NCBI GenBank assembly: GCA_030141605.1
Contig: JAQGDQ010000217.1
Location: forward strand, 124,001 to 188,000
Source of the DNA: Tubiluchus corallicola
Taxonomy: Eukaryota > Animalia > Priapulida
DNA: 64,000 bases
Reading direction: 5' to 3'
Part shown: piece by piece, positions 32,172 through 47,100 of the stretch
Layout: every line of letters starts with the position of its first letter
Position numbering within the stretch: the first letter of the stretch is position 1
Made by a program: the position numbers and the translations under genes
The notes under the pieces: model-generated
The model's database searches: none
Told to the model about the DNA's origin: nothing
The model's input: the letters and a program-made list of their open reading frames with translations, nothing else

Positions 32172-35100
32172 ATGCCTTGGTACTTTCCGTGGACAGATTT
32201 TCTGAAGAAAAGGGCTTGTCGTTACCTTTTGCAGCGATACTTAGGGCAGTTTTTACAGGAGAAGCTAAGCCTTGATCAACTGAGCATTGATTTATACAAT
32301 GGCACAGGAGTTATTAAGGAAGTCAAATTAGATGTTGAGGTACTGGCGTACTGCTCTTTGAATTTCACTTACAACAGTATATTTACAATACTGTTTACTC
32401 ATTTGTAAACTGTAAATTTAAAAGTGGTATGCTACGTGTAATATCTACATGTTCTATTTCGTAGTCTATAACTGACTGAGTGCCTGAAAAACTCAGTAAA
32501 TTTTAGTGCCTAATAGCTATAGAGCCTGCTTGTATTTACATGTGTTTGCATAGACCTACGTTACATTTTATTTAGCTTAGTTAATCTTATTACATTTTGT
32601 TAACCTGTTTTAAGGCATTGAATGAACTGTTGGAAACAGCAAATCTTCCTGTAGAAATTGTTGATGGTTTTATTGGAAGCATATCAGTGATCATTCCTTG
32701 GTCGGCACTTCTGATTGAAAGTTCCATCGTTGAAATATCTGGCTTGGAAATAACTATGCAGCCGAAACAACGGCAGGATGACAGTATGAAATTTTATTAA
32801 TTTTTTTAGCACTGCGAAATTTGCAAATTGATTAACATTGCGAAATTTGCGATTTCGAATAACCACAAAGCTTCTGTCTGTTCACTTTATGTGGATTCAC
32901 TTTAGAGACTTAAGGAAATGATTACTTTGAGCAGAGAAGGTTCTTGCAGGATATTTGTGCCTTACTGGCTTCCTTAACATTTTAATCAAATTGGGAAGTG
33001 GGTGTGGACAAAGCGTTGAAACTGGTGCTGAGGCATCATGGCTGCTGACAAGTATTCAATTTTACAAGCACAAATAATCGGCTGATGCTGAGTCTTAGCT
33101 TACACATATACATTGTTTATTACTCTTTTCAAATAATGTTTTTTCAAAGACGGTGATATAACAATTGTATACAAAATGTTAACTTGGAGATATTACTTTT
33201 GTATTATCCTCAGCTATTCTTCTTCTTCAGTAGCTTTTATGTACAAAACTTTCGGTGTTACCTTCAATGGTAGACAGAAACCTGTCTTATTAACCTTGTA
33301 TTTGCATGCATTTTTATGCCTAGAACAATGTACATTTATGCATGGGTATTTTATTGCCAAATTTCTAGAAGAAATTTAAGCTGTGAGTTTGAAAGCTTTC
33401 ATTTACAACTATTGAGTCAGTTACTACATGCATACTTTATTCATAGAGATATATATTAATAAGAAAATATTTGTGTTTTATCATAAAACCTTCTCTTTCA
33501 TAGGAGCTTAAGCTTTTCTTTCGCTTAATTACTAGTAGCAAATTGCTTCTGTTGCTTTAGTGGTGATTTTTGAATCAGTTTTCGGCAGCATGACAACAAG
33601 TATGCAATTAGCAGAGGAGTGTTTGAAGCAAGAACCAGTTGTTAATGAAGAACCGCCACAACAACCATTTGAAGGATTGGAGTCATTTGCTCAGACCATC
33701 GAATCAGGTTTGCTTCATCAATGAGATCTATAATAATGATCAGATGACTCATATTGACCTTGGAAATTTTTACTCAGCTTGAAAATATTTCATGTTCCAA
33801 TCGTCATAATTTTGAATTTTCTAGGCAATTGCAACTATTATCTTGTACATTTTTCACAAATATTTGAATTATCAAGACAGTTTTACTACATAGTCAGGCA
33901 TGACACAGACACTGACAGTTGGTTTGGCTGCTTTCACATTTTTATCATATGTATTGTAATTGTGCCGTATCTACATTTTGACATTGTGAAACAACCACTG
34001 ATGTTTTCACAATATCATTCATTTTTTTTATTTTGTTGTTTATATTTCGGCTTTGTGTTGCATTTTTGTCAACAGCTCCTTTGGTGACATCATGAGACAT
34101 TTGTGTTGCAATTTCAGTGCTATCAAGAATACGGGTGTCATTTCTGGATGTCATTGTTCGAATGGAACATGTGCCAAAGGAAAGCAAATCAGGAGTCGCA
34201 CTTGAGGTCCGGATAGACAGGTACTTTTTCTACCCTATGTAAAGAGTTTGTAAAGCAGTTAATTGTTCATTTGTTTATATTTGGTTGTTCACACGATACC
34301 TATGTCAAAGAAATGTGTATTGGTTTCTGCAGCATTTTGCATAAGTGTTTAAATTTACAAAAAAATGGATAATTTATGGTAAAAAGCTGCATTTTTCATG
34401 GTTCTGAGCAAATGAAACCATAATGGGCAGTAATCTCAGAAGTCTTTTGATTTTATGAGCTCTTGCTTACCATGATCTGGATCTGCTAAAAGTAGTGTGT
34501 TTTTTTAGTAAATTAATTGTCTTTGTATTTCTCTGTCAATAAATTTGTGCACTAGCAATGAAACTTATAATTTTGTTAAAAACCCAATGCTGTGAAGGTA
34601 TTTTTGTCATTAGACTTGCTGATTTGTATTTTTGTCAGCAAACAGCAATAAAAGTGCTTAGCATTTGTACTTTAGAGCTAATAATAAAAAGTGAAGATGT
34701 AATCCAGAATGCATGCTGGGCAGATCAGATTAGTCCTGATGTGATAAAAGTGAATTTTGTACATCTCTGGATTGCTCATCTTTATTTATTTGAAAACCCA
34801 CGAAAGATAATCAGAAATTTGTAATATCTGAGTGAGTCGAGTCAACAAAGATGGTGAAATGCAGTCAGTTGTGGCTTAATTTAATCTTTTGTCTTAATTC
34901 TAATTATTTATGAAAAGTATTGAACACTTTCCAAGTACATTATGTACAGGCCTTTCATTGAATTAAAATCTAATTATACCAAGTAATTAATTACATTACA
35001 ATTTTATCCTCAGTCTATCATAATGACCACTCACTAACCCTTCTCACTATTCTTTTTAAACCCTGCTTACCTTGTTCTATTTTTAACTGATATGCTATAT

Positions 35101-38100
35101 GATTTTTCTTTTTCTTTGTAATGCTTTTATTTTACTGTTACATCAGTCTAACAAGCTCTACTTACAGAGTGGTTTGCGACACAGTGGTATGTGATGAACA
35201 AGATTTAAAATTATCATTAAATTTTATAGACTAAAATTTTCTGCCCATTGCAATAATTTTGCACAAAATTTGTATTTGTGATAATGTGGTAATTATGTGT
35301 CGCATCGAAGTAAAATAAATTTGAATTTGAACTTGTCTCTAAACAACAATAATTTCTGATTCAGGATTGACTATTTTGATGAAGCGGGCAGTGAAGTAAG
35401 CAGCACTGTTGCAGATTTCTCCAAGAGTGTGTATCAACCTGCAACATTTACAACTAAAATCCTGCAGCTCTTTGGTGTAGCATTGTTCTCTGATGATTTT
35501 CCTTCTTCTGCCAGAACTCATTCACAAGGTTCAAGTGATTATAGTCCAACAGCAATGCCTGAATCGCCATCTGTAAGCTGTAGTTTTGTTGCTCTTATAT
35601 TCAGTTTTTCTGCATTTTAAATAAATACCTTTTCACGTTATTGTACCTATATTACTAAATTTTTCACACTTTCTTACTTTTGAAATATCCATATTTATTC
35701 AAAGCTGTTTACAGTTTTCTGTGTGCCTAATTAAATTACAATACTTAAAAAAAGCTAGGTAACTGGCCATTGACATGCCAAGTATTTGTTAGCCCTATGT
35801 CTTTTGTTTAACGAAAAAGCTTGCAGTTGCAGATGATGAATTTGTAGTAATTAAAAATTTTTGTTTCTGATATGTGGATTATCCCTTCAAAATTAATCAG
35901 CAGCTTTTAAGTCTAATACTAGCTGGCTTCTGGGCCATTGCTACATTATGTTACAGTTTTTACTATTGCTGTGTTACAAATTTTAGGCTTTAACCCTTAC
36001 CCCACTTAAAATGTTACTGTTTATGCATATGTTGATCCTTTTGTTCACCTTTGACTTTCATTGTCACCCAGGATGACTCACATTATCTTGATTCTTTGTG
36101 TGTATTTCAGTCTTCTTTTCTACACTGGAGCCTTGTTATTACATTTTTATGCAAATCATCATGACCAGTTTTGCCCAAGGTCGTGAAAAGGTTTTGAAAA
36201 CGCTGTGTGATTCAAAAATCATTTTACATTTAAATCAAATACATTTGTCTATTAAAGTTCACAATAACCCCAAAAAGAGATGTGACCTAACACCCTGAAG
36301 TTATTTTTAACTATAACATTTATAATTTTTAAATATTTAACACTGCCAGAGTTGTTTCAACAACAATGCCAACTATAAAAACATCATCAAAAGTCTACAA
36401 TTTTGCAGAATTTGAGTTTTCCATCTGAGATTTCCCGGGATTCTCCAGAACAGACGTACCAGTCCAGTCCAATTGTGATTGCCAAACTTACAGGCAAACA
36501 TGAGCTTAAGGTTAAACTAAAACAAAACGATACCATTAATGGTCCAAAGGTAAGGACTTTTATCAGAGAGTAAAGCATTTATGACTTTGTTTCTGTGTTG
36601 GCCATAGTGATAGCCGGTATGTTAGTTTTTTATAATGAATATCACGAAGACGTTTCTTGTAAACCTTCCTCCACTAATCTGCTGTTAAAAGAGCCTTTTC
36701 TTCAGTATTATTAAAACTGTTATTTTGGGAGCATGAAGGTTTTGTAGATATATTGTATATATATATATTAAGTAACTTACATTGATCAAATTGTGTCAGC
36801 TTTTGCTACATTTTTATGTATTTAACATTTCTTAACAATGCTTCATTTATTAATACAATGTTACCTTTATATTTTATTTCAGTTTGAACTTGATGGTTTT
36901 TTGGGATATGTTAATTTTTTTTTATCGCCCAAACAAGTTCACATTATTGTTGATATGGTCTGTGGACTCCTCTTTCCTGGTAAGCATTTTCATATATTCT
37001 CATATCTTAAATATCATAATGAGTACATTATTACAGATATGATCACTATACACTGCTCAGACTTGCTCATTCCTTTTTTATGCCATAAAGGTAGGACTTC
37101 GTGTGCACATAATGTATGATGACTTATCAACATATTTGTGAGAATACTGAGCTTATTAGCAAAGCTTCATGGCACACTTTCAGCCATTTTTGGAAGCCAT
37201 GACACTGTCGAAATTTCAGCATGATAGTGATCAAGAAAAATTTCAATGATGGCATTATCTTATTGTTGTACTATTAGTTGGAAAAGAAACCACGGATTCT
37301 GGATGCATAACATTTTGCAGGGGAGAAAACAATACAGTGTGTACAACCACTTAGTGAAAGAACTACAACTACATGCAAAACAACACAATTATCACTTTTA
37401 CCTCACCGAAACTCAAATGAAAGAAATATTATTGTATGTAGGTCATGGAGTGACCAAAATTCATCTAATCAGGAAGCTAATCACCGAAAATTGTCACCGC
37501 AAAGCCGGAAAACTCACTAAATCACCTAGGTAGTGACGGCTGGTGACTTCTAATCTGCATATTGCTGTTTGATATATGTATTCACAGCACATATTACGCT
37601 TTGCTCATTGCGTGCTCATTAAGATTTCATAGTGATAGATGATGCTTTTTTGGTCTGTAAAACATTGGCACTGTTTGTTGATCTACAAGTATTGATCTGC
37701 AAATGATCATTTTTTGCAGAAATGGAAGACAGCAGCAACATTGTACAATCCAAGAATAAGCCAATGCAGCTAGATGATTATGAAAGGATTGAATCAGAAT
37801 TGCAGCGACAGCTTAACACTACACAGCAGGGAAAGCACACGCTACTTACTACTCAGCCATTGAGTAAGATTTGTGCAATTTCTTGTTGATGTTTTCTTAA
37901 CTAACTGGCCATTTTTGTTTAGATGTGCAACTTTGTGAGTGTTTGTGCTAACTCACAAGGAATTTGAAAAATGAAATTTTACATGATTATCATCATTACT
38001 GTTGCAGTTAGATGTCTTAAATATTAATTGTGATTTTCAGTGTTTTGTGAGGCCTTCAATTTGAACAGAAATGCTATTTGAGAAAATATTTTCTATTTTT

Positions 38101-41100
38101 GTTTCTGCGGTTGTAAATGTTTTGAGTCATTGAAATGCAAAATATACATACTACTGCATGAGTTGTAAACTTGTCATTCAAAAATTTTTATTTATGTATT
38201 TTTATGTTACGTGTTATTAATTATTGTTGAGTGATGTGCCTGACTGTAAACTTACACAGTGCCTGGTATGGCGATTGCCAGAAACACTTGTACCGGATTG
38301 TGTCCATGCAACTGCGTGTCTCGCCTCAACCATAATAGATTAAGTAGGCTGTGGCATGGGGTGCGACTACAATTTCGACTATGACTTGCTGAGGGCCATG
38401 GGGAATAAAAATGGCATTTAATATCAGCAAATTACTGCTATCCCTTCGTTGCATTAATCCAAGTCTGCAATCTGCTTTACTTTCATGTAAAGACTGCATG
38501 TTACTTATTGTTTCATTAAATGTGCAAAGTATAGGATCTTCGATTACCGTGAGTAGACAAAAGTATGAAATGGAAAAATAGAAAAATTATGATATACAGT
38601 TTGAGGATAATGCTAAGGTGTTGTTATTAGTAGCATGTTTTTTATTGTTTTATTAATTATTCTAGATTTAGACGAGAACTACTTTCCAGTGGAAACTGGT
38701 AAGCTCACCACATCAACTACTGCTAGCATGACGTCAAGTGCTGTTAGTAATGCCAGCTCAGTTCCTACAGCACAGTCTGATTTTGATTGTAAGTAATTAT
38801 TGGTTTTTTTTAAGTAAAATTTTTGAATAAAAGTTACAAAATTGCAGTGCGTCTAGGTAGCAAATAAAAAGTTTAAAAATCCTAGCAGTATTATTGCTTA
38901 TTTCATTTGCTACATGGTTTTCTAAAAATCATTAATATTAGTTTAACAAATTGGCAATTATGAAAAAAATAAGAAAAATTTTTGATATAAAAACACCCTC
39001 TTGGATATGAATACTTTTGTACTTGGTAATTATATAAACTGCATGTGCATAGTATTTCAGTCAACTGTTCAATGTAAAATATGTAGTGTCCCATTGTACC
39101 ACAGCTGTGGTTAGTGCATTGAGAAAATTTGTTCGAAGTTTTAAGTTTTACATTGCATGGTTGCTGTTAAAAAAATGCTACAATCTGATGCCCTTATTAC
39201 TAAAATACACATTCTAATCATGTCATTAATTTTTGATGTAGATGGTGTTCCAAACTACTATGGCGAGGTATCACTTCCCAGTGAACCATCACATCGCACA
39301 CCGCGGAAGAGTCCACCTCACATGAGCAAGCAATGCCAATTTAAAAGTACTGACTTTCTTGAGTTTCCTTCTTGTATTTTCTGTATGGAAAAGGATGTGC
39401 TTGTGAGAATGTGTGTATGTGTGTGTCTAATGTACGTGCATTAAGTGTGCATATAGCTGAAAAATAAGATTATTGTATTTTCTCGTAGTAACTGTTTAAA
39501 CGGTGGATTAAATAGCAAAAGTATCAGTGAATTTCTTACTTTTTTGGCAATTTAATAGCTTTAACTATGAAACACATATCAATGTAAAAAGTACATGATT
39601 TTGGATTTTTCTGTTATAATGAGTTATTACAGGGTTTTGTGAGCTCTTTATACCTGCATAGCTTTTAATACATACAAGAAACATATGCTTGCGCCTATGC
39701 CTGTGCTTGTGTGGACACTAGACTGCGCAGCAGCAATTCATAATTTTTGATTCAAGGTTCTTCTGATTTCTCCAGTTTATTGCATTTTTTGTTGTAGGTT
39801 TTCCTGTTCACGATGAAACACTAGGTGATTTAACAAGCTATAAACTTAAAGTCAGTTGCCTATCGATTACAATACTACATGAAGATCTGACAGCAAGTGC
39901 AGAGATTAACTATGGTAATTAACTACTAATTTTTTCATAAAGAATTCATTGTGCAACGTCAGATGAGCAAAATATTTTAGTATAAAACAAAGTGTTTCTT
40001 GTAAAAGTTTGTAACAAAAAGTATCAGTTTATTAAAAAATAATTAGGGATTGGCAGAAGGGATTGGCTCGAAAGTGTTTTCATCTGATAAATGATGCATG
40101 TTTTTATAGGTCATCATGGCATTGAGCAGTTAGATGGTACGAGTGTTCGCGCAGATGAGAAACAGAAGCGGCTGGCTGATGAGTTTTTCTCTGCTGTGAT
40201 GGGTATCAGTGTAGCTGGGTACACAAACAAGTTAGATATGTTACGGGAAACATTCGCAAAAGCTTGTTCATCGGATCACTTAAGGTACTGAAGCACAGTA
40301 ATTTAGCTTAGCTGCATGTAGCTTTAAAAAAATACACCATCAGGGAAATGCTAGATCTTGTACGTACGAGTTACCAAAAATGGTTATATGCAGTTGTTTG
40401 TGATTTATCTTTCCTGTAGCTTTTTCTTACATTTGCTTCTGTAGGTTGATTGCCACGCCTGTTACAATCAAATGTCAGGAGAAAAAGTCATCTACGTGCC
40501 GTAGCCTGGTGGCCAGTGTTACAGCTGGCAGCATGGAAGTAATCGAATGTTTGTTTGAGAAGTCACCAAATTCAACCTCTCAGGATGGCCCACTTAGCGA
40601 TCTAACCATGTCTTATTACAGCGAAGTAATTAATTGCAGTTCCTAAAACATACTTTAACCTGGAATTGTTGTGTACATTAATACACAGTAAATGACTGTC
40701 AAATTTTCCACATTTTCTGAAACATGAATTCTGCAGGCATTAGATGTAGTCACCTGGATATTACTTTTCATTATTGATAAACCTATCAAATGCAAAAACT
40801 GAATGTGCAATTTTAGATTTGTGTCCACTTGTTTTATTTCAGTTGTTACGATTCACTAGTCCCAGTACTTCAGTACCAGCAGCAACAGTTTGCGTTCAGA
40901 CACTAGAGAAATTAGTAACACGTCAGGTTGGTATAAAATGCCAGGTTATAATTTTGTGACATACATCAAAGTGGCCTCGTATATTATTTTGTTTTATGAT
41001 AGTGGTTAGATGTGAGGTTTGGTTGATTTAAATCAGAAACGATTAAAAATAGATGTTTGATAGATCTAAATGGAGCCAGCTTTGAAGAATTGAATATTTA

Positions 41101-44100
41101 AGAAGGTGTACCATTCAGTTATGGTTGCTTTGCCTGTTTGATTTAAATTGCTTAGTCACAATAACCACATTTCACAGTATGTTAAAAATTTCCAAAGCAG
41201 TCCATTTAATAAGAAAGTCCAAAGATAAATTGAAGATGATGACATTTTTAATAGCCCCATAGAACTAATGTTTTTACGCAACAACAACATTTAACGCTAT
41301 AAAGCAATGGAACAATATTGAAGAATTAAATGATTATCAATTTTAAAAAACCCTAAAACATAATCTACTGTCAAAATATTTGTGATCTCCTCAACTCTGT
41401 GTTATAAGTAAACTTGTTATGCTTGCATTGTATCAGAATGTAAAACATATATGTAAGCTCGCATCTATTCAGTTTATATTTATTATTATATCTGAAGTTA
41501 TTTATTATTTGATGTTTATATATAACTGTTATTTGGCATGTTTGTTCCAACATAAATTATTTGATGCTTATCATTTCTCGAAACAGTTTAGTATAAAATA
41601 CTTATTCAAGTCTAGTCTAAGTAAATTGTTCAAGCTACATAAATTTCTGTGTAATAATTTGCTTAGTGGGACGACTAGTAGCTTGCCTCTTCGTCCCCCT
41701 CATAATGTTATCTAATTTATATTGAAATTGAGATCCTTTTGTATGTATACTATGGTTGCTATGCATTGTGAAATAAGCATTCTTATCATCTTAGCTTAAT
41801 ACTGTTCGATTAAATAAGCATAGGATCTTTACAGGTCACATAGTGTGTTGAATTAACTGCTCAGTAGTGTGTGTTTTAACAAAAAAGTATTATTTATATA
41901 GGTGGTGTTAGCCGGCAATAAGCTGTATAACACTTGTAGCCGATAATTCAATACTAGTCTTACTTCATCGATAAGCTAGGTATTGAGAAAAGGTTCTATG
42001 GCAAATGGCAAATCCTCAGACCAGAACTGTACTATAAATGTAAAGTTGTGCCAATAAGTGTTACTTGGGTAATTATCTGGATATTCGCATTCAAGATGTG
42101 GGACACGTATTGCAAACAGCTACATTTTTACACTCAACCAATGTGTGTTTGGTCAAATACATCCAAATGCAAATGCTCAGTAATGTCTAGTTAAGTTACT
42201 TCCATAACTGCTTTAATTGTGTTATTTGTCGTGTAGGGGAAAAGTGCAGGTCGTTATTCATCTGGCCACCCAAAAACTGAAGTACAGATTATATTGGACA
42301 AATTCACCTCTGAGGTAGACATTTCGATTGTCGACAGGCTTCACTCTCTTCTCAATCCTCATTTACTTGTCAATTCACCAAATGGTTTTCAAAAACCTAC
42401 TCCTGTGAGTCTAACAGATGTACGTATCTTGTATATTGTGTGATAATAGTAGTTAGTTTAGAATTATGATAACTAAAACTATTTTTAATGATTATTTTTC
42501 TAATTAGAAAATAACCATAATTGATGTTGGAAACACTCAGTTTTTCTTTGTTTATGTGGATTATTTTTTTAACTACATTAAAATGTGTTAATATATTAAT
42601 CTTTAAAATCCTTTTAAAATATATTATATAACTTTTCAACATATACAGATTGCCCCTAATAAATTCCAATAGCCATTCAAGGCCAATAAATGTTGGTAGT
42701 GTAGCCAAACTAAAATGTTTTCTGGATGTAACCAACAGAGATACACGTATTTATTATAGGCTTGTATAGCTGTATAGATTCTCCATCAATGAAAGAAAAT
42801 AGCCTCTGGAATTTCCAGCAGTGTGCTGGCTGATTAATCCAACCAAGCAGCAGTTTTCTTGGTTGTCACCCCTCAATTATGTCACAAGGCAGAGGTTTTC
42901 TTAGATTATGCATGCTAACAGACATTGTGGCCGCTCAGTCTGTCTTGTCTCATGAATCTATGTGATTGCGTAAACTAGGAAGTAATTTATATTCTATATG
43001 TTTGTAAGTGCAGTTCCAAATTCAAAAAGCTGCAATGACCTTGATTGCCCAGGTAATACGTCACTTTTTGCAATAAAAATCAACATTGCATCGTAAGTAC
43101 ATTAGTACTAAAATTCTGGTTGATATAACTCGATTTGTTTATATGTGTATTAGTCTTAGCATGACTTATATTTCAGGGCCCACATTCATTCTTCTCGCAA
43201 GCATTCATCGATGATCATTCACCGGAAGAGAAGCTTGTGTCATTACGGGTATCTAGTCCTTTTGCTGTCCTTAACGTTCGTTTTCCCATCGCTGATTTGA
43301 GACTTGAACAGAACCAGCGGCCTTGGTGGCAACGAGCTTTAAGGAAAGAAGTGCTGATACTGGAATGCTGTGATGTGGACTTTCATACTGTCCTGGGCCA
43401 TGACGATGTCCACAAACTGGAGTTTACAGCAAAAGACGTGCATGGTAATTAATATATGGCTACGCTAAACTTTGGTCAGCTAAATTTTTCAAGAAAATTT
43501 TTGCTTTACTGCATTCATATAGAGTGTACCATAAACGATCTCCCAGGGTTTGGTAAAATCAAATTTTCATCATTTTCACTTCTTCAGTATTTTCGCTGTT
43601 GTTAGACACATTAGAAACATTGTTTGAAATTAACACCTAACTTTGGCCAAGCCTTAGAGAATGATTGGAAAGTAGACTAAGAAATAACTTAGCAGTATAA
43701 TTTTGCAGTAAAATTATTTTCGAGTAGACTTGAACAGAAAAATAATTTTATTAATGTTTTCTATTAATCGTGCATGGAAAAAGTTTTTCTGATTTCAGCC
43801 TTCCCGGAATCTGCCATATGCCACATATCAAAAACATAAATTATAGAGAACACCGTCTAAATTTATGGCCCTTTCCAAGTTTTATCAACAAATATATACA
43901 TGTATATTTATATTTACATACATATATAAAATCTATGTGAATGTATTGATATACTAAGGGCTGTGAGAGTGTTTCGTCAGTACATGGCCAACTTATGGTT
44001 TTCAGTGCTTCTGCTTTGAATTCTCTGATTACCTTTTCCTTTTAGATCATAAATTATAAGTAAATACATGTTTTTGCTTTCTAGCCTTATTTCAAGAATG

Positions 44101-47100
44101 TGCTGACAAGGGCTCCATATCTGTTGCACGGATAAGCCGTGGAATGGAAAGCGAAGCGCCATATTCACAGAGATATGAGAGTTTTGACTGGCCGAGGTAA
44201 TATGTGATCTGCAGTGCTAAAAATATTGTATTTTGATTTGACATTTTTGTATAAGGTACTTATACAATTTATGGTAGCATGGGTTATTTTCCACTGCAAT
44301 GCTCTGAAATTTGCCATATATTGCATTAGCGTATGAATTGAGCATGTCATATTGACTGGTCTTTTTTAATCTTACATATTCTACAAAGTTCAAAATATTT
44401 TAGTTACAACTCTTATAAAATGTGGACTATAGTGACATGTCTAACGTTTCAAACCGTATAGTTTTTTTAATTGTAATTATTCATTGTATTGCAGTAGAAA
44501 CATCTGATATTGTAAACTTTGCAATATGTTTAATTTAACTTGAAACCTGCTTTAAACCTAATACTCAAAACAGGTTATGGTCTCCCAGATATTCACAATG
44601 TATGCTTAAATTACACAAAGTACAGTTAGTTATCTGCTCCCGTTTTTGTTTACGTAGAGTTGTTCTGAAGTTTAACCATCGAGTACATCATTCTGTGCTA
44701 GAAGAAAATAACCAGAATGCTTCCTCCGATGAGTCTAACCCATCTTTGGATGATGCAAGTAAAAAAGAGAAACCATTTGAGGGCTTTCAGAAAAGTGAAC
44801 CGTCTCCTTTTTCTTCTCGAAAAGTTATGTACGATGGAGAAGAGGTAAGCGTTGCCAGAAAAATATCCCCGTATCCATATGAGAAAAGAAGAGAAAGCAC
44901 GAATTAAGTGTGATTTGGCTTTGATCTAATAATAGCATAAACATGATTTAGAACATGATCTTAAACACCATCATACTTTTGACTACAAAACATTATGAGC
45001 ATTTTTAAAATATTCGAAATTTGTTGCTTAGCAGGACAGCAAGTTTGAGCAATGAAAGACACTGCCCAGTTATCTGCAAATGAATACCTTAAACTACATA
45101 TTGTATATATAATATGTAAGCCTACAGTAACTTCAGTAAGTGTGATACATACAACGTTTATATTTAGTAAAACTCAGCATAAAAAGAATAAGAGAAATGA
45201 GATGTTACCCTACATTTGTGATTTGCTAAAGTTACACATGTTCATTGTTCACCACACTTGAAACTTCTAACAAACATCACCGCCATCATCAGCTAAAAGC
45301 TTAGAAAGGATACTTAACGTTTGTCTAGCTTGAATTTTCTAACTGTCTCTCTTTACCCCATGCCCCTCTTTGTCCTGATTTACGGACCAACTACTATTAC
45401 GTGAATGTCATAGTCAATTAGGTTTCCATGAGCGATCCATTTCAGTATTTAGTTTCAATGATTTTTATCCATATTCTTGATGTTGCAACTTGTTATTAAC
45501 TCTTGGGCTTTCCTTCTAGATGGTTATTCCCGGTGATAGGACAGACATGTTAGACTTTCAGGAGAAGACGGCTGCTCAAACAGAATTACTGCTGGAGTTA
45601 AATTTGCCCAACGTAAATACATTTTTTCCAGACAAACGCCTCTTCGAGATTATTTATAATAGGCAAGTGTTTGATCCATTAAATTTGCCTGATAATTTTT
45701 ATATTAGTAATGGTAAAAAATGGTGGTATGTAGTTACACTACCGAGGAGCAATTTTTAGGAGTAACAGTTTTAAAAGCTGTTAAAGATGAAAAACATTGA
45801 AATTTTTTTTACATTGAAATTTCAGAATGAATTTCGTACATAACACGCATTTGAAATGACTATGTTGTCATTGTCACCACATCTCCATTATCGTCTTCAC
45901 AATTACTGTCATTCTGATTGTCATTGTCAGAAATTATTCAAATATGACATGTATTTTTTTGTAAATTCACTGTTTATTATAAATAAGAAACCTGGTCATT
46001 TTTTGGTACTAACTAAGTGCACTTCTACATAGGTTGTGTAATGATCTGCTGCTATGGGAACCCCTAGCTCCTGCTCCGAAAGACAGACAAGATCTTCCAA
46101 TAACTCCATTTCACTTTGTCAATGACACAGAACAGTTTACTATGTGCAAAAGTGGCATACACGGCTCATGTATGGCGAGACATTTTCAACTTTTTAATTT
46201 ATTAGCTATTTATCTTTGACATTCTCTTTCATTTTTTGACATTCTAACATAGTATTTAATTAATTAATATCATGTGTTTCTTATTAGAAAAGTGCTTATG
46301 CTGCCTTTCAAAAGAGTGCATCAAATTCGTTAAAGAAGCATTGAGATTTTTTAGTAAATGTGAGCAAATAACTGCTTATGATACCCGGAGACTAAATTCA
46401 TATCGATTTTGCCTGGCTTTGTTTTCTTCTGTGCTCACTTCACTGCACGTTTAAATGTTGAGCATGACGTCACACAGATCTACTTCGACGCACTAAATGC
46501 TAAAATCCTCACTGTTTTGTGTAACTGTTTTTGTTTCTCTAGTCATTTACAGGTCAGCAGATCACTGGGAAGTTAAAGATTTCTTTGGCATGTGAACTCA
46601 TTTGTATGCACATAGTGGGTGACTTGAGACTTACTAATAGTATTTTCAAATCAGATAAGAGAGAAGTTCTTTAATGTGCCCGGTACACATTAAACCCATT
46701 CACTGAATTCTTATTGAGCAAATTGTTGAGTGCAGAGTCTGAAACAGTCGGGGATAATATACCCATAGAATAGTTTTACCAATAATTACAGTCATTTGTT
46801 TCTAGATGGTAATTGTCTTGTTGTGTGGTAACAATTTAATACAGAAATATGGTTTATTTGGGTTTAAACAAAATAAACTATTATTAATGGCACAAATTAT
46901 TTTTTTTTAAATTAAAATAAACATCTGTATTTTTTAATGTATCCTTGTATTCCCTGTAGGTTTTAATGCTGTACTTTAATTAAAAGTGATAAAGTTGACT
47001 TCAATGTAAACTTCTCATGAAATGTAGTAGTAGTGAGATAGAACAGTGCCTCCCTTTGGTAGAAATAGAATGGTGCAGGATAATGCGAAAAAAAATATTT

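Noticed and set aside
38260-38385. Possible extra ATG2 exon in intron 8
   Set aside because: The gene is in frame without it, the peptide is not ATG2-like, and the region looks like a MITE remnant.
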